Origin: Trichoplax sp. H2
Lineage: Eukaryota
DNA: 64,000 nt
Reading direction: 5' to 3'
Assembly (NCBI GenBank): GCA_003344405.1
Contig: NOWV01000272.1
Coordinates: 1-64,000, forward strand
Every line of letters starts with the position of its first letter. Positions within the stretch are counted from its first letter, which is position 1. The notes below the pieces were generated by a model. That model was not told where the DNA came from. It was given only the letters and a program-made list of their open reading frames with translations, and searched no databases. Positions 25,901 through 40,710 of this stretch are shown piece by piece. A program made the position numbers and the translations under genes.

Positions 25901-28900
25901 GAAGATATTTAGACGTGAAAAAAATTGCTGTAATTATTGTATGCAGTACCTAGTACAAAGGTATAGCATTATTTAGAGTTGTATATAATAGCTCATTATT
26001 TCCCTCTAACGAAGATGGAATTACTATCTACAAATGATAAGATTTGAACTTAGTAATGTATAGCGGAATACGTTATTCATTTTATCTTGATATCAAATTG
26101 AATTTTAGCTTTGGTTATTTTGTTTACTGTATTAATCAATCTCAAATATCTCACTACACGGGATGAATAATATAATAAATTGTGTTACGTATATGTATGC
26201 CGTATGTGGTGTACAATTTCCATTGCATATCTAACAGATCCGGGCAGATGCTATGATTTATTCATACTTATTTACCGTTATTAATTAACTACGTAGTTAA
26301 TATACAGCAGCTATTATTCAGGAAGATTTTAATCTAATCTGAAAGGTAAGAAAAAACCGTGATTTTCGTATACCCTCAATGCTATTTAAAATTAGTATAT
26401 AATATATTGATATTGATGATGACAGTATTAGCTTGCTACGTAAGCGTCAAGTACGAGAACTTGTAACCTATATCCCTTACAATTAGAATTTTTGTGAATC
26501 GTGATAATATTTGAATTTGATAGGACCGTTTACACATCTTTTACGATCAATACATATATCGAAATTCTATTTCTTTTGCACTAATCGTTACATATGGATA
26601 CCATTAGGCTAATAATAAAAAAAGCGTTTGCAAAGTAGGTATGATCCTAAATCTGATACCATTATTAGTAAAGAGAATTCTGAAATTGTTCATCTAAATA
26701 TATAGACATCAATCTGAAATATGAGTACATGTAAACCAATCGATCACCATTGAAACATGTTACTTGCAATTACTGTGCACATCTTCTATCTGATTATTGT
26801 CAAGTACAGTATAACAATTGAAGTTTTTACTTTAATTGCTAAAATTTGAAATGTATATGAATAATTATACGCGTATATATCATCTAGTGCGGTCAGGAAA
26901 TCTGAGTAGGCAACCAGATTTGGTTCTCTCACATAGATACTTTATCAACGCGGATAGACCTTGCAAAATAGCACACATATATACTATATGACGAAAATCT
27001 TGGCCACGTCATGTCGAAAATAAAAAAAATAAAAGTAGATGATAACTGCACCATATTTCGATATGGACTACAATCTAAATTTTTTATGAACTACATTTAA
27101 ATTTAAATTTGAACTTATTACATTACTGATATTGATAATTTAATATTAGTACTAGGGAATACCCGCTCTGCAAGCAGTTACCCGGCTTAAGTTCATAAAT
27201 CAATGAGGAGTTTTTACGGCACACGATATCATTTAACACTAAAAATTACAGATTACTATAGAATTTCTATGCGGCAGTTTTACAGTATTCCGATTATATA
27301 TAATAATTTTATAATGAACAGAACGAATTGCCGAGATTCATATATATAACCTGACAGAATAGTAAAAGTACTTTATTTTTGGAAAATAACAATACGAAGT
27401 ACTCTTCCTGTTCTAATGTTCCTAAGATATTGCAAATTCATTTATGTTACGAAATGAATGTTGCATGATCCTTTAACATTGTATGCATTGGTTATGTAAG
27501 ATATTTATTGTAGTGCGTGGATTATACATTTTAAAATATCAGCGGTTCTCTTGCATCATATATCGGATGCTGATTGCAGTATTTTATATTTGTAGGCGTA
27601 TACATTATGCTAGAGCTATTGGCCAAGTGATAATGTTATTTGAATGGCTTTAGTAATCCTAACGATTAGGAAGGTAAAGACAAAAGGAAAATTGCAATAC
27701 TGTGCAAAAGCGTAATCTTACTGGACATCCTATCATTCATCATAGCTATAGAAACTGCAACTAGTTCTAGTTATTCGGTTTAAATAGAATGAAAATTTTA
27801 GGAGGTGAATAATTCATGCACATATGGAACAATTTTGTAAATCATTTACAGATTCAGTCAGTATTCATAATTATATCTTGAAATTGGGGGTATTTTTGAT
27901 AGAATGGCGAGTAAAGCACAAAGCGAGCTTTTATCACTACACCAATGATTATATAATTTAAATTGCGCAATAGAATGTGTGTACCCTCAATTTATGCTTA
28001 TGCATGGTGCCCAATATAAAGTAAGTAATCAATTAATTAATTATAGTTGGCTGTCTAAATGTCCATAATTAAGCGCAACTGTCTATGCCGGATTGGTTTG
28101 ATATAAAAGTTGCAACCATAAGCGGTACAGTAGGGTGTCTTTTGAATATTAGGATAAATCTATGCACCGTTACCTTAAATTTAATTGAAAATGCAATCTA
28201 TGTACGTAACTTCCGCGCTGTAATTTTACTTCAGTATACGAAAGTGGTCGTCAATATTGTTCTGGTTGTCCCGAAAATACAATATGCATAGGATACAAGT
28301 ATCTATGTCACGCAGTATGAATTGTAAAGTTGCTATTAGTTTGATGAAATTGGAGCACGTAGCTTTTTGTTTAAGTATTCTAGTGCGATACTGCACACTA
28401 ATGAGACTTTTAAATTCTATCCTTCGAATTTATTTTGCTAAAATGAGTTTATCGGCGATATTTGCTAAGCCTTCCGCGCAAGCATCTACAAGACTTTCAT
28501 CTATTCTAAAAAAGAATAAAATTAAACTAATCAGTATTTCCATCACACTGTAAGGTCTCTCACAACAATGATTTCCTCTGCATTATCCATTCTAGTTTTA
28601 CATAATATCGCCCATTATATCCATTTCAAATTTAGCAGCAGTCATATGTTTCTAATTTGCCATCTGGATATATTTTTTTTTTTTCTCGAGAGTACTAACC
28701 AGAGCATTTAATACAAGATATGTGTGAATATACTGTACACTTTGTAACCTTTTTAGAGTTTCCGTATCATAGCACTACAGTACTGTACGGTACAAGGAAT
28801 CAGGTGTTTGGGTCATTAAATATGCATTCTGTGCACTGAGTGTACAGCATATTCATGGCATATCGATTCAGTTAATTCATGAATTTTAAAAAGGACTTTT

Positions 28901-29071
28901 CCATGCATGGGCTTAGACCAGTGTTGAATACTGGTTTAGACGGAGAGCAACAAGATGGTACAAAGAAAGCCTTAACTGCTGACATTATTGCTGACAGAGT
29001 TATGGACTACTACTGCAGAAGAATCTTTCCAGTAGTCCTTGAGCTTCACTGTACCGTACAATTTGAGTAGT

Positions 29072-29578
29072 CAGGGACTACTCAACTAAAAATTTTCCCT
29101 TTCAAAATTTTTAGTTACGTCTTTGAGGGGAGAATTTTTAGTTGACTAGTCCCTGCAGTAGTTCTATAGCAGAGTTTCCTCGCACTGCAGTATGGACCAG
29201 TAGAAATGGTCGTTTCCGAGTCAAAAATTTTCCCTTTAAAATTAAAAAATGTTTTAGTTACGGCTTTGAGGGGAGAATTTTTAGTTGACTAGTCCCTTCA
29301 GTAGTTCTATAGCAGAGCTTCCTGGCACTGCAGCATGAACCAGTAGAAATGGTCGTTTGCGAGTCAAAAATTTTCCCTTTAAAATTAGAGAAAATTACTT
29401 ATATGCCACAGCATATTTTCGTATTTACTAATATGCCATTGGAAACTTCAGTAATTAAAAAATGTTTTAGTTACGGCTTTGAGGAGAGAATTTTTAGTTG
29501 ACTAGTAATTCTAGTAATTCTATAGCAGAGCTTCCTGGCACTGCAGCATGGACCAGTAGAAATGGTCGTTTTCGAGTC
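29072..29578. repeat. Three-copy repeat of about 144 bp whose first copy forms an 84-bp hairpin
   Basis: TTTAGTTACGGCTTTGAGGGGAGAATTTTTAGTTGACTAG...GAAATGGTCGTTTNCGAGTC ends at about 29222, 29365 and 29578. The inverted arms span 29072-29155. Confidence 0.9.
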
Positions 29579-29589
29579 CTTCACTAACT

Positions 29590-29790
29590 GAACTACTGTA
29601 CTGTACAGTACAGTACTGTACACTGTACAGTACAGTACAGCATTTCACGTACTGTACTGTACACTGTACCAAATAATACTGTATCATGTATGCTGTCATC
29701 CAGGTCGTAGAACTGTTTGTCACACCTTCAGTATGGTAATATACTGTACTGTACCATGCACAATACGCGTATTGTACGTACAGTACGTTA
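29590..29790. repeat. TACTG/CAGTA satellite tract immediately upstream of TOP2
   Basis: CTACTGTACTGTACAGTACAGTACTGTACACTGTACAGTACAG and similar runs. Confidence 0.75.
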
Positions 29791-30155
29791 TCACGGCTTA
29801 TCGAAGTCATCAAAGGTGTAGCGTCAAGTTAAAACCTGTTTGAATTCATCGACCGTTCGAACTTGTAACCGTCAACCAAATTCAAAATTTGAAAACATAA
29901 ATAGTGTGACATACTTCCGGCGACAGCCTACACGAACGTACTACACTGCGCAAGTATAAATAAGCAGACTCAAGCAAATGCAGTCATTCAATTGCTTGCT
30001 TCAGTCGAGATTTATTCTTTGCATTTACTTTCTTTATTGACGATTGTCCAGGTAACACTAAGATTCCTGAAATTGAGGAAGCTAACCTGTAACTACTACT
30101 ACTACGATTTATTTTGTTATTTTCATTGGTGAATATCTTGTACTAATTAGTCATT

Positions 30156-33100
30156 ATGGCTTTGGTAGAAAGAACTTTGGTAAGTAGATGTTGATCCTCA
30201 AAAAATGATAATAATAATAATTCATTATTGAACGTTCATAGAAGAAATTTGAAACCCAAATCTCAAATACTGTTCTGTTGACTATTATTATTTTATTATG
30301 AGTTCTTGATTCTGAGTGTAGATGAATTGCACGCTTACAATATTTAACGTATTCATTTGTACGGTATAATTTTATACATAAAATAAAGAGTAATAGATAT
30401 TACTATTTATTTATACTGTAGTTTAAATGATTCAATAAAAGCGTCAGCTTTTGGACTCTTCTAATCACAGAATTAGCCCTGCTGACGTTACGGTTGTCAT
30501 TGTAAATTCAAAGTACACTGTGCATATTCCTTTACAGTCCTACATAGACCTTCGTATATTTTTGAGTGCATAATTAACAGCTAATATTTAAAATTAAGTA
30601 AAATTAATCAATCATACACATATGTAGTTATTACAGACAGACCTTTGACTAGGTTCTCGAGCAGCTATTTCATGCGGAAAATTAAAATTCCACCGTTTAC
30701 TGTACTACTATAATATTTCACTTCCTGAAAGTGCATCAAAGTATTCGTATCCTGCACACTTTTAATTAGGCACCGATATTTTTATACCGGTGGCGATCAT
30801 TTATAAATACAGTAACTCCATAGTACCGTATAGTGTTCGGTGAATAGTGAAGCTAAACTTAATAGAGACTCCAAAGTCTTAACACTATTGCAACGTACTG
30901 TACACATAAAATCACTCACTATACAGTACAGTATTGTCCAATTTTCCAGTGAAATTAGTGCGTCAGTGGTCAATGCTGATATATATGTCACGTCATATAT
31001 ATATGCTGTAGACATTTTAGATTGATTTTTGGATTTTAATTTTTTTACATAGTAGCAAATTCTCTTCTTTTATTATCAAGTAGTCCCTGGTAAATGCTAA
31101 TCGTTCATGGCCACACATGCTCATGAAGTTCACTCCATTATAACTTTTTCGCGCAGTGATATTGCATATCATTGATGGATGTAGTATTGTCATTTTATTA
31201 TTGCACAGTACTGGACTACACATAGAGTCACTGTACAGTACATTAATACAGTATTGTCCAATTTTCCAGTGAAATTAGTGCGTCAGTGGTCAATGCTGAT
31301 ATATACTGTAGACATTTTAGATTGATTTTTGGATTTTACTTTTTTTACATAGTAGCAAATTCTCTTCTTTCATTATCAAGTAGTCCTTGGTAAATGCTAA
31401 TCGTTCATGGCCACACATACTCATGAAGTTTACTCTATTATAACTATTTAGCGCAGTGATATTGCATATCATTGATGGATGTAGTATTGTCATTTTAATT
31501 GATTTTTGAAAAAAACCGCCAATGATGGAGTATGCGCTTATCGCACTAATTTTTTCACGGTTATAGTACGGTACTAAAATTAAGTACTCTGTTAAGTTAA
31601 ATACGCGAACAAATCTTAGAAACTATACGATTGAACCACCACTTTAGCTATGATTTCCGACACTAATCTCGAGATCTGAAGACGCAGTTGCTTGAGTATG
31701 TGACACGTAATGTACAGTAGTCGTCTTTTTGTCCTCCAGACCTCAATCTGAATCAATTATTGTGAAGGAACACTGTGTGTAGCATAGTGTTCCAGGTCTT
31801 TCTAGGAAGATATCATCCTGTTGCATAGTCCTTACCAATTTTTTATTGCTAATAGCAAGTCGAAAATGACGTCCGCAGTTATTAGACCTTGTGTCGACTA
31901 ATTTGACATCTTTAGATACTATGCTATCTTCTGCTTGGTTAACTATTGTATCAGCTCTTTAATTTGTTATTGCTAATTACTAGCAAAGTACACCTTACTG
32001 AGTATTATTATTAATAATCTAGTTTGCATCAAAATAATATTTCCTACTATATTGTATAATAGATGGTATATATGTACGATATACGCACCTATATTACGTT
32101 ATATCACTAGTATAAAATAGAAGGAAATATTCAAATTAAAACTTTGGGCCGATAACTGAATACGAAAAATGAAGAAATACAAAAGTCAGCTTGCTGACGA
32201 AGATATTTTATATCTTGGATGTAACCTCTTGGTATATTGACATATTATCATAGTTATACACAATTATGACATACGCTACATGACTGCACAACTTGGTATT
32301 CATAGTATCTTGCTGATCTAACTAGATGGGATCCTAGTCCTAGTTTTACGTTTTTTTTATGTTATTAACAGTAAAAATCATGTCATCCAACAAGATTAGA
32401 CATTACAATATAAAGTTGATAATTATGCTTATATTCTAGACTCGATATAATTTATTATTCCCAATTAAAACAGATACTGCTTTACTACCATATTTCGATC
32501 TAAAGTCTGGAATAGCAATTCTCTTGTCTCATTGTCTACTTCTGAAGTTTTATCAAACAATCTATCTAGTACTTATCAATTAGATTTCGCACTGCTAACA
32601 TGCGATATATGGTATATATTTCAATTAATAGGAAAACTCTGTGGTAGATGGCGTTAAGAAGAAGACTCCTAGCAAGAAAAACAAGCGATTATCTGTCGAA
32701 AGGATCTATCAAAAGAAATCCCAATTGGAACACATACTCCTTAGACCCGATACCTATATCGGATCAGTTGAGCATATCACGCAAACTATGTGGGTTATCG
32801 AGGATGGCAAGATGATGAATAAGAGCATTACTTATCCTCCTGGCTTGTATAAAATCTTTGATGAAATTTTAGGTGTGCTACTCACTAATGCAAACTGTAT
32901 CATACCTTTGATAGAATACGTACAATATTATTACAATGAATCAATGATTATTAAAATACTTTTCAAGCTTGCTCTTTTGTCCTAAATGCAACGTCTAAAT
33001 TATTTCTTTCATTTTGTATACTAGTTAATGCCGCGGATAATAAGCAACGAGATCCAAGGATGGATACCATCAAAATTACAATTGACCCGTAAGGATTTTA

Positions 33101-36100
33101 CATTCGGAATAGTTGTCATTAATATTTCACAAGGAATACGTGAATTGTATCTATAAAATTTCTATCGATTTCCTTTACTAACTTATGTAAACATAAATTT
33201 TGCTTCACAGCGAAAACAACTTGCTTAAAATTTGGAATAATGGGCGCGGTATTCCAGTAGAAATACACCGTGAAGAAAATGTCTATGTACCGACCTTAAT
33301 ATTTGGTCACTTATTAACATCGAGTAATTATAACGATGATGAGCGCAAAGTTACCGGCGGCAGAAATGGATACGGTGCTAAACTTTGCAATATATTCAGC
33401 ACAGAATTTAAAGTGGAAACTTATTCTGCTGACTCTGGTAAACAATTCTCACAGGTAATGAATTTATTAGTTTCGATTCAAGTTATGAATCGATTCTTAT
33501 ATGTATTTATCTACTTGGCTAATACAGCATTCACATCGTTATATTTAGACTTGGAATAACAATATGTCTAAGGCACGAGAACCTAAGATTACCGCAATTG
33601 AAAAATCCAAGCAAGAATTTACGTGTATTACTTTTAAACCAGATTTACAAAAATTTGGTTTAACACATCTGACTTCCGATATTGTTTCGCTAATGACTCG
33701 CCGAGCTTACGATATAGCTGCAGCAGCTAGAGGTGTTAAAGTTTATTTGAATGGTGATCGAATACCTGTAAGTATTGCAGTTATGTATTTGTTCTCCTGC
33801 TAATGATTGCCGTTATACATAAATAGATGATTTCTACTACATTTTGATGAAGTAATAAAACTCATGTTGGGAACTAAAATATAACATTTGCCATCTTAAA
33901 GATAAAAACGTTTAAGGATTATGTGGAACTGTTTCTGGCAAATGAAGAAAAGGATGATGGAGAAGAAGACAAGGAAAAACGTAAAATCACTCACGAAATT
34001 GTTAATGGTCGGTGGGAAGTTTGCTTGACAGCTAGTGATAGAGGCTTTCAGCAAGCAAGCTTCGTCAATAGCATAGCTACTACGAAGGTAAAATTAATAA
34101 TATTAATGCTGATATTATCTCGTGTATAGAAGTATAAAGGAATTATAAGAAAGTTGACGCTAAATTATCTAGATCAGTCAACGTGATTCTTGCTTATCAC
34201 AATAGGGTGGTACTCATGTCAATCATGTCGTGGATCAGTTAGTTGAAAAGTTGATGGGCGCAGTTAAAAAGAAGAACAAAGGTGGAATCGATGTAAAGCC
34301 TTATCAAATTAAAAATCATATGTGGGTCTTTATCAATTGCTTGATCGAAAATCCATCGTTTGACTCTCAAACAAAAGAAAATATGACACTTCGTGCTAAA
34401 TCTTTCGGATCGTCCTGTAATTTGAGCGAAAAATTTATTAAAGGAGTAAGCTTAATTTGGTATAGTTTATGGCCAAATCTAGTGTATATATATGTATACA
34501 CAACGTAACTTTTGCTTAAGGACGATACTATTTATTCGCTAGGCTTTGGGATGCGGTGTTGTCGAAAGAATATTGAATTGGGTTAGGTTTAAAACTCAGG
34601 TAAAATTTAGTATTTAAAATATCTAAATCATGATTATGTTAGCGTGCTTACGAAATAATTCTTAACATTTCATTTCTTGGTTATAGGCACAACTATCAAA
34701 GAAGTGTTCGGCATCCAAACACTCTAAGCTTAAAGGCATTCCCAAACTCGATGATGCTAACGATGCAGGAACTAGAAATTCCAGTGATTGCACCTTAATT
34801 TTAACGGAAGGTGATTCAGCAAAAGCACTAGCTGTTTCAGGATTATCCGTAGTTGGTCGTGATAAATATGGTGTGTTTCCTTTACGTGGGAAATTATTAA
34901 ACACTCGTGAAGCGTCTTCTAAGCAGGTGAGTGTCATATTTGTTTTATAATCGCGCAAGTCGTTGGATTGCTTTACATTTCCTAAAAATAGATGTTACAC
35001 TGTTTTGATATAAGTTCCTTTCTAATCATGTTACCTCATATAGGTTATGGAAAATGCTGAAATTAACAACATTATCAAAATTTTGGGTCTTCATTATAAC
35101 AAGAAGTACAATGATGACGTCAGCTTGAAATCATTGCGTTATGGCAATTTGATGATAATGGCTGATCAAGATCAAGATGGTTCTCATATAAAAGGACTCT
35201 TAATCAATTTTATACATCATAATTGGCCTTCACTTTTACAACAACCCTTTTTGAAGGAATTTATAACCCCTATTGTGAAAGTAACTAAGGGTAAAAACGA
35301 AATAGCCTTTTATAGTATACCTGAATTTGAAGAATGGAAACAAAATACTGCTAGCTATAAATCATGGAAAGTAAAGTATTACAAAGGTCTCGGAACCAGT
35401 ACACCAAAGGAAGCCAAAGAATATTTCGCAGATATGTCTAGACATCGCGTTGCATTCAGATATGATGGCAACGACGACGATACTGCTATACAACTTGTAA
35501 GATAATTCTACATTCGTAATTATCTCAGGATTTATGAAATATTTATTGCAATAATTTTAATTATTACGAGCAGTCTATTCTCTCGGTGTAATTGAAGATG
35601 ACATCTTACTATGTCAGATTGCTAATTAAATGAAATTAAATTACTATTGTCTAGGCATTTAGTAAGAAGATGATTAGTGAAAGGAAAGAATGGCTCAACA
35701 AAAGTATGGAAGACAAAAAGAATCGAAAGTTGAATAATAAGCCTGAGGTTAGGAAGTAATAATTAGAAATTATATAATTTGCATATTTCTTAAACGATCT
35801 AAAAATTATTCCAATTCTTTCCAAATTATGCACATTCTAGCCTTATCTATATGGTAAAGAAGTATCCGATATCAGCTATAGTGATTTTGTTAACAAAGAA
35901 CTGATTCATTTCTCCAATGCTGATAACATACGTTCAATCCCTTCTTTGATGGATGGTAAGTATCACAGCTATTACATTGATAGGGCGAGGATATATAAAT
36001 ATGATTAATTTTTAATATGTTTTGATGATATAGGCTTGAAGCCAGGTCAGCGGAAAGTATTATTTACTTGCTTTAAACGCAATGATAAGAAAGATATCAA

Positions 36101-39100
36101 AGTAGCTCAGTTAGCCGGTTCAGTAGCAGAAATGTCAGCTTATCATCATGGCGAGGTGATTATATGCTTGTTCATTTAGTGGGTATTACAATGTTCTATA
36201 TCTAATTAGGAGTTTTGCTTACCTACTGTACAATTAGGCAAGTTTGATGGGAACTATAATTAATTTGGCTCAAAATTTTGTGGGAAGTAATAACATCAAT
36301 TTATTACAACCTATTGGTCAATTTGGAACGAGACTTCATGGTGGTAAAGATAGCGCTAGCGCTAGATATATATTCACTATGTTGAGTCCCGTGGCTAGGT
36401 ATATGTTCGATCAAAAGGATGAACCGTTATTAGAATATCAGTTTGAAGATAATCTGCGGATTGAACCTGATTGGTATGCTCCTTTAATCCCTGTGGTATT
36501 GGTAAATGGAGCAGAAGGTATTGGAACAGGTTACAGCACACGTATACCGAATTATAATCCGAGAGAAATCGTTGATAATTTGAAGCGCTTACTAGCTGGA
36601 GAGGAGCCGATAGAGATGGTATGTATTTTGCAATTATATATAGTTTATACATCTAGCTATAGCTCGTCGGTAAATTATTTTAATCTAATTTATGCCTGTT
36701 TAGCATCCATGGTATAAAAATTTTAAAGGTGAAATCAAACAAGTTGAAGAGAATAAATACCAGATTGATGGTGTTATTAAGAAAATAAATGAAACCACCC
36801 TTGAAATTGTCGAACTTCCAATTCGTACGTGGACACAAGCTTACAAAGAAGGCGTTTTGGAACCTATGTTGCATGGTGGTGAGAAAACGCCAAGTTTTAT
36901 AAGGTACGAGCAGTTAGTTTTGGTAGCATTCAATTGCCATACTGTTAGTGCTACAGCAGCATTTGAATATATGGTATAAGTTGACTTGCTCTTAAGCAAA
37001 TAGATCAGAAGTAAAGCAACATGATTGTGAGAATTATAAGTAGTATCTCTAACTTAGAAAGTCTTTTCTTAGCAACTACAAAGAATATCACACGGATACC
37101 ACTGTTAGATTTATTGTCACTCTAACTGAAGCTAATATGGAAGCTGCTGAAAAAATTGGGCTATTAAAGAAATTTAAGCTAGAAGGCAGTTTCAGCACGA
37201 ATAGTATGGTAAGAATGTAGCTTTCTAGACTCATGCTTTAGAGAGTTATAAATCGACGTAATCCTCTTTGTATAGGTCCTGTTTGATGCTCATGGTTGTC
37301 TACGAAGATACGGAAATGCTCAAGAAATTTTGAAGGAATTTTATGAAACAAAGTTGGAATTTTATGTGAAACGTAAAGAATGGTTAGAAGGACTTTTGGA
37401 AGCTGAATCTAGAAAATTAAGCAATCAAGCACGATTTATTTTGGAAAAGATTGATGGAAAACTTGCTATAGGTAAAACTGTGAATAGGTGGTACAATTTA
37501 GTGAGTTCAATGACTTATTTATCATTAATTAACCGCGACATTATTTTACTCTAGAAAATAAGAGTAAACGCGACCTGATCGCAATGCTGAAATCAGCAAA
37601 TTTTGATTCTGATCCTGTTAAAAGCTGGCAAAATAAGCAGAAATCCGTCGTTGGTAATGATTTTTTAATCTCAACTTGTTTATTGCTAAATCAGCAAGGA
37701 TCTTAGTTTTACTACTTGATAATTATATTAGAAAGTGAAGAAAGCGATGCATCTGAGCAAGAAACGGACGAAGGCCCAGATTTTAATTATATATTAAATA
37801 TGAACATGTGGAGTTTAACTAAAGAAAGAAAAGATGAACTCATTGCTAACAAGAACAAAAAGGTAACTTGCAAATACGCCCGTAATATTCTTTAAATATT
37901 ATAATATCTGTAATGTTTTAATTGCACAATTGTAAACTGAATTTGATATCACTAAAATGTGTTTAGATTGCTGAGTATCAAACATTAAAGGAGAAAACTC
38001 CTAAAATGCTATGGCTTGAAGATATTGAAGTTTTCCTCGAAGAGCTGGAAGTGAGTTACATTAATTGATGATTTCTCTTATTATATGAATAGTTCTTCTG
38101 CCACATAGTGATGAATCTTCTCAAAAGTATAGTAGATATCAAATATACCAATATGAAATAAAACATTAAATAGGCACTTTTATAAGCCTTAACTTTAGGC
38201 AGTAAAAATTATCCGTAAAGTAAATTTAGGCATAGTAACTGCAGTTAAATTTGGGGATTAAATACTAATTTTACTTTACTCGTACCATGTCCGCCTTCTG
38301 TAACTCGAAATTTGTTCGATGGAATTCTAATTGTACTATATAATCATGGTATAACATAGCCGACTGACGTCTATGCTGAGTGTAAACTGCTATGCTAGAC
38401 TTGTGCGACGAAGGTAGAAAATTGCAATTACCCTGTAGTAAGCTTGTACTTTTATATTTGTTTCTCTAATAATTTCATGAATACAGCTACTAACAAGCGA
38501 ACGTGTGATAAACTCAGTGAGCCGTAGTTAGCGGGGCTTGATGTCTGAACAAGATATAAATTACATTTGAAAAACTGCAGCGTTTTTAAGGCGAAACAAT
38601 ACCACATCACAAAATTGCCAATTCGGTATACGTGCATTAAAATATAAACTAGACCCACAAACCCCACGTTTCCTTATAGTTAACTAATTGAAAAACATCA
38701 TGCCAAATTGATATCATTTGATGATCTCCGATTATTCGTTGATTGAAAATATCACATGATAGATTTCCAGTACCAGACCTTCTGCGATACAGTAATGTAC
38801 TTACTAGTCAGGTACTGTACGGTGCACGTGTGCTCACAGTACATTGCTAACTGTAGTCACATTTCAATATCTTAAAACATTCATTTTAGTGCACAGGGTG
38901 TGGTATATAAATAATGTAATTAAAGAATAAGAAATTACATGCTACTCACTACTAACTGCCAAACCTTACCTGTAGACTTGAGTCATTGCACAGCCTGATG
39001 CTTTGTATTATTAATTCTACAGTATTACTACTCCTATTTTAGTTACTTTCCTAATATTCCAGGAACAATTTTTTGAAAATTAAATTCTGACGTTTAAATT

Positions 39101-40710
39101 TCTTTCCTGCATCAGAAAATTGAGCAAAAGGAGCGAGAGGAGGAATTACTTTGCAAAGGTATCACGCCAAAAATGGGAAAGAAGACTAAAGGCCGCGTAA
39201 CAAAGAAAGGCAAACAAGAACAAGCACGTAAAGATCAGCCCGTGATAAAGAAGCAAAAGGCAACAAAAGTGTCCCCATCTGATATAAAAGATGTAATTGA
39301 CGACTTCGACAACATTGGCGAGGAAGATCAGTATATGATGTCGTTGGCCGATAGAATGAAATTAAAGAAAGCGAAAGCTCCTAAGCCGAAAAATAATCTT
39401 ATAGAAGATGATAATTTTAGCTTGGGCAGTATCAGCGACAACGGCAGTGATGACAGCGATATTGGCGACATTGGTAATATTGTCAGTGGGCCTGCTCGTC
39501 GTACTCAGCGCGTTGCTACCAAAAAGGCCTATCGTTTCTCATCGGATGAGGAAGAAGATGATTACGGTGAAAGTAATAAACTCGATGACGATGACGCATT
39601 CACAATATCAGATGATGAGGACATTAGTTTTGCCATAGGTAATAAACGTGGAAAAAGTGCAAATATCAGTGCTCCGGCTAAAAACAAATTGACTGCACGC
39701 AAACAAGCACCTCCGGTTGAGCACGTTGAGACTGCTAATAGGTCAGAACAACCACTTACTGAATCTGCTCCTATCTCAGATATGAATACAGCTTCAAAGT
39801 TACCTAATAGGAGAAGTTTAGATGATATTGACAAATCCGATGATGATAAGCCAGCTAAGAAAGCTAAAGTTACAGCTACTAAAAATGCTACAAAGGCTGT
39901 AAAGAAAACCAATCCTGGTGGCCAACGAAAGCCACGTGTAACTAAACCTAAAGGAATTTCTGTCGGTAAGAAAGCTCAGGCATCGAAAAAGAAAGTGCAA
40001 GTAATCGATAGTGATAGCAATGATGATGATTTCATGCTACCACCTGTACGTGAAACAAACTCGAGCAAAGATAGCTCCAGCTCGGCAGCAAATAACACTA
40101 AGAAATTCGTGTCACTATCACCTCGGAAACAAATCAGTAATAATCAAAAAGTAAGCACTACAAGCTAATCTTATTTTCCTTATACTTATGTTTAATAGCA
40201 TTTGGCTAGTGTTGTTGAATGGAAGTTAGGTATATATGAAGATGTTTATAACTGTTAATTTGCTATGCCACGATTTTTATTTTGTGCCGTTAGAATCTTT
40301 AATTCTTTCGTTTATTGTAGTATGCTATCTTAGAATAGTACTCGTCTTGATTACTTGATGCCATCATCAAATTGAAATAAGTTTTATTGGTGCAGGTAAC
40401 ACATTGTTAAAATTTGAATATTTATACATAATTGTAGGCAGCGGCTACCAGCAAGAAGCTAACTGCGACAGCAGCTGTTAATTTCAATGAAACTAAAGGC
40501 CCGAAAAAGAAAGTTAATACGAAGGCCCCAAAATCACGGAAAGTCATTATATCTAGCGATGAAGATGAAGTAGAAATAGTTACTGCAGCTAGACCTCGTA
40601 GAACAGCAACGAAAGCTAGCTACAAGTTTGAAGATGAAGAGAGTGAAGATGATATAGCCGCTATTGATTCAGATAATAGTTGGACGGGAAGTGAGGATAA
40701 TGAGGATTAG
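30156..40710 (+). CDS. TOP2: DNA topoisomerase II (type IIA), multi-exon
   Basis: YQKKSQLEHILLRPDTYIGS, the GHKL motif GGRNGYGAKL, TOPRIM EGDSA / PLRGK / DQDQDGSHIKG, YYKGLGTS, catalytic ASARYIF and a long K/D/E/S-rich C-terminal tail ending at TAG 40708-40710. The probable first coding exon 30156-30179 (MALVERTL) splices in phase 0 to 32632. Confidence 0.98.
30926..31497. repeat. Two-copy direct duplication (about 250-270 bp) in TOP2 intron 1
   Basis: TACAGTATTGTCCAATTTTCCAGTGAAATTAGTGCG...GGATGTAGTATTGTCATTTTA occurs at about 30926-31198 and 31247-31497. Copy 1 has an extra segment of about 20 bp inside a TA run. Confidence 0.92.

Noticed and set aside
25490..25950. Exon-like minus-strand fragments (KRFKRRKKDKCK; KRSGYYHQ) suggesting a small GTPase tail or peptide precursor
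   Set aside because: I could not assemble a phase-consistent model with recognisable motifs.
38051..39115. Possible intronic snoRNA in the 1-kb TOP2 intron (TGATGA motifs)
   Set aside because: No matching D box with terminal stem or recognisable rRNA guide could be seen.
39408..40000. Alternative-frame and antisense ORFs within the large TOP2 exon
   Set aside because: These are shadow ORFs of a low-complexity coding exon.
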